A stretch of DNA of 64,000 nt from Bugula neritina (taxonomy: Eukaryota; Animalia; Bryozoa): NCBI GenBank assembly GCA_964035545.1, contig OZ037769.1, positions 7,731,929-7,795,928 on the forward strand, read 5' to 3'. A program made the position numbers and the translations under genes. This document shows, piece after piece, positions 26,827-39,500 of this stretch. The number at the start of each line of letters is the position of its first letter. The first letter of the stretch is position 1. The notes below the pieces were generated by a model that did no database searches, was not told where the DNA came from, and saw nothing but the letters and a program-made list of their open reading frames with translations.

Positions 26827-26995
26827 CTAATTACAACCTGCAGGTACTATCACTATGACTATTACTATTAGTATTTACTATGCATTTGACTTACTAATAG
26901 TAATAGACATAGTGTAGTGAACTGTGTGTATGGGTGCATTGTTATTATGTTAGTTAGTATTTAGTCAGTTTGCATAATTGTTTTATCTGTTCTTT

Positions 26996-27638
26996 TGTGA
27001 ATCCGACTTTGACCGGGTCGGACACCCCGAAAGTGTTCGGAATGTCCGATTCGTAAGGATTCAGGTGCTTGATTTCATCCGATTCAGATGCAGATTCTAA
27101 ACTGGGCATCTGAATTCGGCCTGAAGCCAGACCAGGGATTCGAAGATAGTATATATAAGTGCGAGCCTGCCAGTCTAAAGTCAGTACAAGACTGGAGCTC
27201 TACTGAACCACTTCTACTTTTGATCATCAATACTACTTGTGCGAGACACGCCTGGGTCTCTTTTACAGCAGGCATTTTAACAAAGTGTGTTTAACTCGCA
27301 ACCTGACTTCTTTCTTATTAACAACCTAGAAAAATTATCACATTGGTGGCAGCGGTTAGATTGTTCTTGGGACCATCACTAATGCTCTGTTAAGAGAGAG
27401 GGCAGGATGGCCACAGCAAGAGAAGGAGTGCCAGGCGACAGAGGAGGGCCAGAAGGGAAATTACTCATCATGGAAGCTCTAGTCCTGGCTCTCTGAGAAT
27501 TGCGTGCGGCAGGACAGGCTCCACCTCGAAAAAGTTTCCACCTCAAGCCTCCAGTCTTCGATGGAGAGAGTGGCGTAGAACAGCTTGTCATAGAATTTCA
27601 CGACGAAGCCACCATCGCCAAGTGGCCAGCACCGATGT
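26996..27638 (+). mobile_element. Truncated Gypsy-type LTR retrotransposon: 5' LTR, PBS and start of gag
   Basis: LTR 26996-27342 bounded by TGTGA...TCACA with internal TATATAAG; PBS TGGTGGCAGCGGT at 27344 (complementary to tRNA-Leu 3' end); gag-like frame from ATG 27407 with one stop: ...LKPPVFDGESGVEQLVIEF...AKW. Confidence 0.85.
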
Positions 27639-28560
27639 CATAGTTTTTTTATTAGGATATGTATTGGAAAACACTCTGTAATCATAGTTATAGATATGAA
27701 CTCAGATACTTCTATTTGCTTCAGTGCTAAGTACATCCCTGCTGCACTGCTGCTGTCTGCCATTTATATAACTGACTGGTCATCTAGTGACTACAGCTGC
27801 CATTGTTTGCCAGGACTGGTCATAACACAAAAATAAGGTTTATAGCTCAGTTAAACAACTCAATCCTGCATTTTCTAATAACCAACAAATAACCACATAC
27901 TATAAAAAAACTTTACAAAAGTTAAACATGTACAGCTATTTGAATATTTATTTCTTAACAATTCGGATTTTAACAAATTTTAACATCTGTATGAATCTGC
28001 TTTTAATAACTAGGTTAAATGGTGTACTATCATAGGTGACTCTTGATTAAAAACCATGCAACACATTTTTTGAAAAGGTCTTTTGAATTCATTGTTACCT
28101 TATCATTATGAATATCTAATATTTGATCATCCTTTGAAGTTATTTTTATGTGATCTAACTTTACAAACCTGCAGTTATTCTAGTGAAGCCTTAGTTATTT
28201 TATCATGGGAAGTGTGTTAAATAACAAAAACATGTGTCAAACCAAAAAAAAAATAGAAGTTCAAGGTAAAATTTAAGTTTTTTTTATTTTTCGTTATAAT
28301 TTATTTATAGCCAATAAAGACTAACTTTCAATACTAGATTGATGCTTGTAGATCTGATGTAGATCTGTTTTATAGGCTATTTTCGTATCGATAATATCTT
28401 TGAGTTACACATTTAGCCTGCTAGACCAGTTCATGTTTCAATAGTTGAGCAGCAAGCCAAGCATGTCTATTGTGCTCAAGTTTATGAGTTAATGGATGGG
28501 TGCAATACATGGTAATATTGTGTTTAATTTAGAATTGGCCTCCATTTACAGTAGCATTTG

Positions 28561-29710
28561 ATGGCATTGCTAACAACTATCAAGTCCAGTTATGGCGGAT
28601 TCAAGTATCAATCTGATGCTATGTTTTATAACTCTGGGGTAAGTGCAGTAATTGTCTTTTTATATTCAGTGTATATTGTAAGCAAAAGCCAAATTTGTCT
28701 CTCGTTGAAACATGTGTTTTACTTGCAATTTTGCTTTAGAAAGTTAGAGTCACTGTTTTTTATAATGGAAATTGCTGAAAAATAATATGTATTTTGGTGT
28801 TTGTGAATATCGCTAGCAAAGCCTGCAGCTGATTATTAAAAGTTGTTTTATCGCTTAATTTACAACTTGGTTGGTATCAGTTCCATTTCTATCTGTGATG
28901 GCAGTTATGTAAGAAATGTAGGTGAACATTCTACGTTTAGATGGACATCCTAACATCTCTTCTGTGTTGTTGTAGTTCTGTGTGTCTTCCCGATCCCTAC
29001 TCTACTTCAGAGTATTTGCGTCCATCTTTCACTGGCTAATACTAATAATAAGGATATTAGAAGATGAAAGATTGTCAGCATTCTGTTATCTCACTAACAT
29101 TGTGTATCTTTGCTGTGCACTATACTACACAGTGGCGACACACAACACTATCAACCAGCCAGACAGGCTAATACCCCTCTACCACAAGTTAATACCTAGC
29201 TCTCAGGTATTTCGGATGGACAAGGTGTGTTATGAAGAGAAAGGTAGCAGCGTTGTACAGTTCTCATGTGTGTTGCAATGGCTGCTACATTCTCTAGTAC
29301 TCAACATGAGTATTCTTGTATCCGTTATGTACTTCCTTCTTATATACAATCCTATGACAGATGTGTTAGGCCTTACCAATATCTCACGGCATATTTTAAA
29401 TTCAGTTTTTATACTTATAGAATTTACTTTCAACTCAATTGCAGTCAAATTTGTACATATTATATATGGTTTAGTACTTTCTGCACTATACACGGTTTTT
29501 ACAGTATTATTTTACTATATACAATCACCTCCAGAAAACTATATTTATAAAATTGTTAATTGGGATGATCCTTTAAAAACTGGCACACTTGTTGGAATTT
29601 TGATTATATTTGCCATTGTGCTGAAAGCATTACTTGTGATTGCATCTAGATTAAAATTTAGATTTTTGATTCCATCCAGAGATACTTCTGAACAAACATT
29701 CCTAGTTTAG
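28561..29710 (+). CDS. Rolling stone-like (FAR-17a/AIG1-related) multi-pass membrane protein, ~270 aa, 2 coding exons
   Basis: Exon 28561-28638 (GGG|gtaagt) joins 28976-29710 in phase 0; ~6 hydrophobic helices; YLTN, QWLLH, RHILNS, YIYKIVNWDDP motifs of rost-like proteins; AATAAA ~29895. Confidence 0.8.
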
Positions 29711-30566
29711 CTATTTTTGCCAGTACTTTTCTAGTGTTTTTATCAACCATTATTTATTTTTATTATAATGAACTCTCACTCATGCATTATTTTTGTGTGA
29801 AAGTTGATGTTTTGGTCAATATTTATTTGTCTCAAATCTCTTTCTCTAGTGTGCTTTTCCCTACCAAGACATGTAAATCTTGGATGGCCTGATGAATAAA
29901 AAGTTTATTATTACTATTTCTGGCATTTTTGTTGATGTAGTACTTTGTCTAAAGTGGATAACTCCAATAAATTTCTTCACACTTTCTGTAAAAATTAATA
30001 ACTACTATGTATGCAGTATAGGTAGGCTTATTGAGCGTATAACCATCATCTCCCCCTAACTTTAGTCAACTGATCAACTATGATCTGTAAGACATTGATT
30101 TCTCTGCAACTAAACTAATTTATAACTACAGGGACCTGGTATTTCTCTGTGTAAAGAGACCAAATTAATCTTAATCTTGTGTAGATTCTAGGATGCAAAA
30201 AGCAAACGATCTTTAATATTATGTGTTTTATTTATAGGTGAAGAAAAAAACTCTACAAAGCTTATTAATATGTACATATTATACATAAAAACAAGTTTCA
30301 CAGAAACTAATTATGCTGTCACAGCACCAATGAAATCTTAATAATAAAATATAGGCTACATCTTAGCACACTTTTAGTTGAACACAAATAAAAAAAAGTT
30401 TTTCTAACAAATTTATAGCAGTTTGTGATTCTATAACTATCCAATAGAGAATACTACAAAAACACTGTTTTGTACAGAAACTATCTGAATACTATGGAAA
30501 CTTGTGTGTAGTGTGGAAAAAAAAGAATGGTACTAAGAAATATATTGAATTTTGAGCAAAGTAAAT

Positions 30567-33500
30567 TTAACCGGGAAGATAATGACAAAGTGTGGCATAG
30601 TTTTTATTTTCAGATCTCTTAGTTGGGGGATCACATTTTTGAGCAATGTTAGCATCAACCAGCTGACTACTTAACCAGGTGTCTGTACCACTGGATCCAT
30701 CTAGTAACTCCACTACCATGTTGTTGGCGCCTTGATTACTAAAATGATGAAATATCAGATACAATACATCAAGTAGAATGAATTCAACAGCTGTGGTCTA
30801 GCGACTGCTGCCAGGCATACTGTCACAGACTAAGCTAGTGATTTGAAACCTAGAAGAGCTATTGATGAGGTAGCAACCCCCCAGTCAGGACTAATCCTGT
30901 CCTATTTTCAAGAAATTTAGTCCGAATGGCTTAAAGCAAAGGAAGTCTAAAGCTTGCAAAACACATAACTGTAAGTTTTCATAGGAATTATGACTATAGA
31001 ACAAGAGTACAAGAGCCTTACTATAACATAAGCTCATTATATATTGCATATATTCGAAGGACATAACGCAAAAGGTGCATTTAATACTATGAAGTTGCCT
31101 CAACAGCTTTAAAAAGCAACAACTGTGTATAGACATTGGGGACTAAATATTGAAATAAAGCTGACCATTCAATAGGCTGGCAGATAAGCAGCTTGCCATC
31201 AGCAAGTTGATGGAAATATTCTGTCTCTTCAGCACTCCAAGGCCTCTTTGAATCCTTGGGTTTGATTCGCATAAAGCACTCAACAGCTTGGAAGGGTAGG
31301 TGTAAAAACCTCGGCAGTATATCTCTAACATTAGCATGAGGCACCCATTCAGAGTTTCCAAAATCAACATAGAACACCTAAATAACAGCTTGGATCATGT
31401 TGTGCTTGTTTGAAACTAGAGAATGGCGTTTACAAAAATTTCATTTTCAATATAATTACAACAAAACTTTCGATATGTTGTGGTGGTACGTTGAAACTGT
31501 ACAACATTAGAGACATTCCTAGCAAGCCACGTATGAACTCATGCAATCAGCTAGAAGTTGAAACTTTTATTGTTAAATCCAACTGTTTTGAAGAATCTTT
31601 CAAACACCAACCTTCACTTTCAGGCTGTCAAAGTCACTTTCAATTACACGAGCTCTATAGAAAGTGTTATCTTCAGTAAACTTGGCTACAATGATTTCTC
31701 CAAGGGCGTAAGCTACAGCATCACTTCTTATGAATGGAGATGAATTGTAGTGCTTACTAGCAAACAAAAACATGGTGAAATGAAATTTTTTAAGTAGCGA
31801 TAAAAGGCTGTTTTGTGACAATATCATAGTGTATTAAAATTATATAAGAAGTTGCGGAATGTAATAAAAAGGTTTGAAATCTCGCATTAGTTTTATGAAT
31901 ACAACTAAAACAGTAAACTATAAACTTTTTAAAAGTGTATTCAACAACAATTGTTAATTGAGCACCCTTTTCTGAAAAGCTTAGACAAACTTCTTACAAG
32001 CAGGCGCTTTACACATACAGCCAGTTACTTGAAACAACACAAGACTTACTTGAGACGACGCTGGAAATCACAGAAGTCTTCATTCTCAGCCTCTTGGTCT
32101 AGACTCTTTGAGCTGCCCGCATCTACAAGGTTCATCAAGTGCTACAACACTGCATCAACACGCTGCACAAAAGGGCTAGAACAGACTTAAAAACCAAAAC
32201 TACAAAGTTAATTGTTGACATCACCATTCATCTTTACAGAAGTAGAATATGATACAATTTGAAGATTTAAACTGATTAGTACAGTTATTCACTTCTCTGT
32301 AAGAAAAACTGGTGGCAGAGAAACTACTGTGTGCTAGAAATTGCTAATGACACAAAATTAGGAGAAAATTACTAGCAACAGGCGATAACCAGTGAAATAT
32401 AAATCATGACACAAATTTCCACTTGAAACCAAACCGACCAATTTGAGTTTAAAACTAATTTGCTGAAAATTTTGTATGCAGTTAGCAAATAGGTACACCA
32501 TGTGATTTGCATACACAATGGGATAAGACACTGAACCCACCACTGGACGCTGCAGCCAATAGATCACCAACACTCTTTGCGCCGTATGGAAACTTCACAT
32601 AGAAATGGGCAGGACTGATGGTTGCAGTGAGCTCAACAACTACAAATGTGTCCTCAGCAGGCAATGTAACCGTGTTATCTGCACAGAAAACCTCCTTACG
32701 ATCCTCCGTAACAGCTCCTGCAAATGATTATAGCAAAAAATAGAGCTTCTAAATATAATTTATATCAGGGCTGCCCAACAGGCGGCCCGGCCTACATTTA
32801 TGTGGCCCTCAAAGGCATAATAAATAAAGTTATTTTGCAAACATACATTAATTAAAATAAGAACACCGACCTCAAAATGCTTTGTAACATACATGCCTTA
32901 AAATATACAGCCTGCAGTAATTATTACGACTTCATTGTCTAGTGATTCAAACATTTTAAGTAAATTAATTTGAAAAATACTGATACTGTGGACCCCAGTC
33001 CAAGTTAAATTTTACAATGTGGCCCTTGTCATTAAATATTCCATTTTAGTGGCCCTCGGCCCGAAAAGGTTGGACACCCCTGCTTTATGCCAATATACGC
33101 AAATTATATACTATAGTAAAAAGCATAGCTACCGTCTCTTTCAAAAGTGTGAGCAAAGTGACAGTTATCTCCACGATGGCATTGACCAGTCTTCTGATAT
33201 TCTCTACACTTCACTTTGATTGGTTCATTGGACTCTACAAGCACACGTGTATGTAAAGCTCAATAAGATAACTTCATGAAATCAGCAGATCTTACAATTT
33301 AGAATTATAATTGAAAGAATGTATAAAATAAAATAAACTGTTTAAAAATGAATGTACTTATTATTCAACAATTTTAGTTAGTTACAAATTATTATTAAAA
33401 GAGTAGCAAATTATAACTTAAGGCTAAATTGTACAAAGAACAATTTCTACCCTAGAAATAAACGTGTAAATTCTACTAGCGGCTGTTGAGACTGTGTAAA

Positions 33501-36500
33501 TACTGGCAGGACTCACTATATCCTGTCAATATGACCTCCGCATCATCAGGGTCAAGGCTGTACATGTTTAATGGTGAATAAAAGTGATCAGCCATGGGGT
33601 TCCACCCGTCTAGGTTATCGGGATTTGGGGCAGAGGCATCCCCAGCCCCAGATTCATGATCTAAAAGCAGACATGCTGTATGCATGAGAACCTTGGGCTG
33701 AAATTCCATTTTTAAGTTCTTATCAATTTATATAAACCAAGATAATTGCACTGTTTACCACAATGCAATTGCTAAGAATTTCAATGATCGGCAAAATACT
33801 GAAAACATAACCTGATCTGAATTATGCAAATAGCGAACATACACATTTAACTGAAAGAAGAGTTGCTATACTGAGTGAGCACTGCACGGCAGTTAGACAA
33901 GGGTTATGATGAACACCAATTTACATTGATGTTGAGGGAAGAGCCTGTTGCTTAATGTTACAGCATATTCAGGAAATCACCTGTGCTGGACGGCTGAGAG
34001 GAAATGGCGGTCTCTTCCAACACTCGCGAGGGCTCCCCATGGAGGAGAAGAGAATGGGCTGCATTTGTCGTCACAAGAATCTCGTTCACAAATGCCGTAC
34101 CATTGCCATCAGGAGATGGAATTTCCAATATCACCTAAACAACCAGTTACCACACGTAATAGCGAAATTCACCAAGGTTTGTGAATATTGGATTAATAAA
34201 TATATTATATTGGCACAGAAAAAATTTGGCCGCTAACTATTTATTAAATTTATACCATAATTTGATATTCTTAGATGCTGGCTTATTTATTTTTAATAAA
34301 ACATGTTAAGATTTTATATTTTACATCAATTAAATGTAGAACATACCTGGAGTATTTCATTGACCATCACAGAGCGAGGGTTGGTTATAAACATCTCACA
34401 TATAGACCCTTCTGGTAAGAGAGAGGTAAATGCGTTCACAGTTTCGCTGTTCCAACCGCCAGGAAACTCTGGCCTACTTCCCTCCAGAGGGTAGACGTCT
34501 GTGAGACGACACTGCCAGGCAAGTGGCGGCACCTGGCTAAACTGGGGCATTAAAGGAAACACCCCTTCAGCACACACCCACTCACTGCTGCCTACAAGCA
34601 TCAAACGTCAGCTAAAATGTACCAAATGAGGTCACAACATTCAGCTGTATCGCACTGGTATCATTTGACTGTCACAGATCTTTAATCATGTTTTATATTG
34701 GTAATACAAGCTGCATGATGCAATTTCAGTTAGACATGCATAACCTAGTAGTTTGACAACTTGAAACACTTGAATAAAAAAGTAATCTACAAAAATTCAT
34801 AAGTTAATCTGCAAAAGACACTTGTAATGTATTTTCTAATATTATGAATTTTTTCAGTAATTTAATCCCACAATCACTTACCATAATCAATGAAAAACAC
34901 TTTGATAGTTTTTGAGTTCTTCTTTTGCACAACCATATTATCAATACAAACATCTTTCGACTGACGAATGTTGACAACCTCTGCACGGTAATATGAGTCA
35001 AACTGCACAGACTTTGCAACACAGAAATCTCCCACCTACAAGGACACTAACATTGGTATACGGTGGTCTGTGGCAGACAAAAATACATTGAATAAACCGA
35101 CTGTGTAGTAACAAATATCTAGAACATTCTGAAATGACTCTTAAGTAAACATTTGAAACTTTCACCTGGCAACTGTTTGAATGGCTGTGTTGAATAAATG
35201 AGAAGTAACATCTTATAAGTACAGCACAGAACTAACCTGAGGTGTATAATCAACAACCATAGTGCGCAACATGGAGTTGAACAGTCTGTCATAGTACTCC
35301 TGAATGCCGTCCAACTGATTGAAGCTGTCAACAGTCTTTTTGCAACAAATGTTGATGTAGAAGTCAGTGGGAGTATTGATGTGAGACACCAGAACACGTA
35401 TTGACTCCTTTGTGTTGGTTATCTTCAGTGTCTGACTGGGAACCTGATTCTGCAAGAGAAGCTAGTTCGAGTGAAGTTTGCAAGTAGAACACCTCTTCAA
35501 TTTATAAATTATATATGGTGGCACATATAGCAAATACAATAGGGAGCAGCTGTGGTCTAGGGGTTAGAGCGTTGACTTAGTAAACACGAAGTCATGAGTT
35601 TGATCCCCAGTAAGGGCCATTGGTGATGTTACGAAGAGCATCCAGTCATATTTTCTCTTGTGCCTTATATGAATAAGTCTTTAGCCAGCTTTAAAAAAAC
35701 CCATTTCATCAGAGGTTCTCGCATGGATAGTGACTATAAACTTATATAGCAAATACAATATTGACATAGCTCAAACAGCAACACGACACTACAGAATAAC
35801 ATGTAAGACACTACGGAAACTTCTCAAGAGGATAAACAACTCACACACTGACTGGGTGAGGTAAGAGATGGCTCTGCATCTGGGGAGACACACCCAGAAA
35901 TGGAGTCACCGCTAGTCCTTCCAGGAAGAGAAGGGAAGTCTGGGCTACTCTGCTGAGATATAGCGCCAGGGGAGGATGTGGAGTGGTGACCAGCAGGGGG
36001 CGCTTTGGTTTCTTCGCCGACTTCTGCCTCAGTTGATGCGTTATTTATAGTAACGTCGGCAGTGGGATTAGGTGTAGATGACATCAGCACTAACTTTGAG
36101 TCAGGAGTAATAGGTGCATCGTGAACAGTTATTGTAGTATCTCCACTCAAGGAGTTTTTCACTGACTCAGTTCTGCAGACAGAGGTTGATATTTTAGCAG
36201 GACATGGGCAGAGAGTTAGCAGTGGTATGGCAGGGTAGACCACACGGTAATGCTACTGAAGGTAATGGTAGATGTGTACCAACATTGAAATGGTTTTAGA
36301 AAGCCTTTAAAAGTACAATGCCACACAATTTTCTGATCAACAGATGACTACAGCACAGGCTGAATGTAACCACAATTTTCATCTGTTTTCATACAATATA
36401 TAAGTAGTTGTAGCTAAAACACAATCAAATACAACTAGTAAGTAACTACCCACAACTACCAAGTAACTACCCACAACTACTAAGTAACTACCCACAACTA

Positions 36501-39500
36501 CTAAGTAATTACCCACAACTACTAAGTAACTACCCACAACTACTAAGTAATTACCCACAACTACTAAGTAACTACTTACAACTACCAAGTAACTACCCAC
36601 AACTACTAAGTAACTACCCACAACTACTAAGTAACTACCCACAACTACTAAGTAACTACCCACAACTACTAAGTAACTACCCACAACTACTAAGTAACTA
36701 CCCACAACTACTAAGTAACTACCCACAACTACTAAGTAACTACCCACAACTAGTAAGTAACTACCCACAACTACTAAGTAACTACCCACAACTAGTAAGT
36801 AACTACCTTTGTCCAGAAGGAGTTGTGTGTACATCAATAGAGGAGACTGATTGTTTGATGGATGCTTCATGCCCATTCTGGCCCTCATCTTTAGTCTGGT
36901 CCTCATCTATGGCCTGGGCCTCACTTATAACCTGGCCCTCACTTATGACCTGGGCCTCAGTTATGGCCTGGCCCTCACTTATGACCTGACCCTCACTTAT
37001 GACCTGGCCCTCACTTATGACCTGGTCCTCACTTATAACCTGGCCCTCAGTTATGGCTTGGGCCTCAGTTGTGGCCTGACCATATGTGGTGACATTCTCC
37101 AACTCAACTGATGCAGACTGCGTGACGCCATTTTCTATATTTGCTGGAGCAGCTGGAGCAGCTGGAGCAGCATTAGCCTCACTGTAAAGTGGAATATCTG
37201 GACTGACTTCTCCCCAGTATTCTGTGACAGTGTCGGGCTGAGTGTGAGTGAGCGGGGTGTTGAGCTCTTCGTGTCTGCTGCAACAGAAATAGTCAAATAA
37301 ACCCAGCATTATTGGAATATACAAGCTAGCATGTGACATCAGGTGGAGAACAGCATTAGCAAATGGATTAAATGTTTTACAATTATAACTGAAAACACCA
37401 ATGATGTGATCATAGAGAATATGAAGATGTTTACGAAGAAAGCTTAGCAACAGTTTATTGTTAGAGAAGTTATGTTTACAAGTTGAGAACTGACCTGTTA
37501 GCTGCAGCCACTACTTCAGAATCAGACTTTAGCTGTGAGAGTTGATCCTTAGGAGGTTCTGCAGAGTTTCCAGCAGAGCCAGAAAATGCTGACGGAACAG
37601 AGGATTGCTGCTTTGAATAACTGTCTCCATTCTTATAGCTGCCTCCTAAAGCATGGTGAATCATGCGCCGGGCAGCATCTGACGAAGTAGACTGAAAATA
37701 TGGTAAAACATCAGTTGGTGTAACTCACTTCTTAAACCTTACTGTACAGCGAAGCAGTGCAAAAGCAGTGGTTATCGTCAGAAGAGTTTAAAAACCGGTG
37801 CCAAGAAACCTTGTAGAGTAATATGGAATATTTACTGATTACCAGCAGTAGTTGATATGACATCACCATCACCATGAGCAGAAAAGTTAAAAAATCAAAG
37901 AACAAGGGAGGTCATACTACAGCGAGGAAAACCAAACCGGGTTGAAGTAAACAACTACCTCGTTAGATTTAATTGTCTTTTCCTGTTGAGCTGACATTGA
38001 AAGTCTAGAGGCAGCTGCCTTCAACAGCCCGAGTGTCTCATCATCAATGGCTGACTTCTTTATTTTTGGAGCCGAGACTTCCTGCACAGCAGCCACGTCT
38101 TCTGGTAAAACGGAATGAATATGAAATACTGCATAGAAACAACCTTTCTCTGGTGAGCTACGTTCATCTAGCTAACAGTAGTGGGTATAACAATGCGAAA
38201 CTAGTGAGCTGTATCAGCTGACACAGAAAAACTCATTAGACACATATGCAAGTGGATATAAGTGAGCAATGCAGATGTAGAAAAAACTCTGCCTAGTATT
38301 CACTTCAAGCTATGTACTATAATCTAGAACCTAGCCTTCTTGACACAACTACATTGAAAACCTTCATAAAAATGTTATGCAAGAGCTCTAACGTTTGTCA
38401 GTCTTCATGCTAGAAGCTTCTGCTGGACTGGGAGAGTCTAGAAGTTTGGACGTATTGTGGACAGCAGTTTCCTGCAGAGTCTCATCCAACTGATTAGCTG
38501 TATCTGCAGGAATGACATTCTTCTGCTTTGCCATATCTGTAACATCATGGACGAACAAATAAGAAAACTTTCAAGAATGCCGAATCAAACTTCAACAACC
38601 TGTTCAAGGTTACTGAATAAATGAAAGTAGCAAATACCCGACACCTACAAGTTATATTACTTGACATCATATAACAGGTGCAGGCCATGTTACCTGACAT
38701 TATATAACAAGTGAAAGCTATGTTACCTGACATTATATAACAAGTGCAAGTCATGGTACTTGACATCATGTAGCAGGTGCACTTTATGTTACTTGACATC
38801 ATATAACAGGTGCACTTGATGTTACCTGACATGAAATCGCTGAGAAATTTCTGCTGACATTCATATATCTGTTGCTTGGTTTTTCTGTCATATTTTCTAG
38901 CTGTTCTGTTCTCAATAGCTGCCGAGTATGCAGATTCAGCGGGAATAATATTCTTGGGATATCTCGTGTACTGAGCGAAACTTCTTCAAAAATATTAGGC
39001 ATCACTTGATAATGATATATTCAGTAAAAGAGGATATGTTGTAGAATCAGCTGTATTAGTTTGGGCATGCGTTCACATAACATAATATACAATTATTTGC
39101 AAGTTTTTCAATGAGAGAATATTAAATTGTTAAAAACGTTTCAAGCTGCACATTGGCAACATGTAACAAAAGTTCTCTATTTGTTAACATCCATTAGTCA
39201 ACTTACATATATTCCAATATAATACCGAACAAATATTTCTAGTTCATCTAAACAAACAGATGCTGAACACAGTCACACAACATAGATACGACTCTGAGTA
39301 CAGAAGGTTATGTTACCGTTGTGAAGGCCCTCGTGATGGTGGAACAGCAGATTCCCTTTTCTTGTATTTCGGTTGCATACTTTGGTAAAATTCTTTCCAT
39401 TCTTTGCTCAGCTTTTCATCTAGAAATTATTTGTGTCCAAGACACGTAGTTGAATATAGTTTGGTTGTATATAGCACATGGACCCGCTACTCAAACAGGA

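Noticed and set aside
35542-35615. tRNA gene
   Set aside because: Imperfect cloverleaf, continues into SINE body, flanked by TSD
36379-36906. 175-aa ORF with YLVVVGS repeats
   Set aside because: Wrong frame relative to the exon; translation of an intronic 21-bp array
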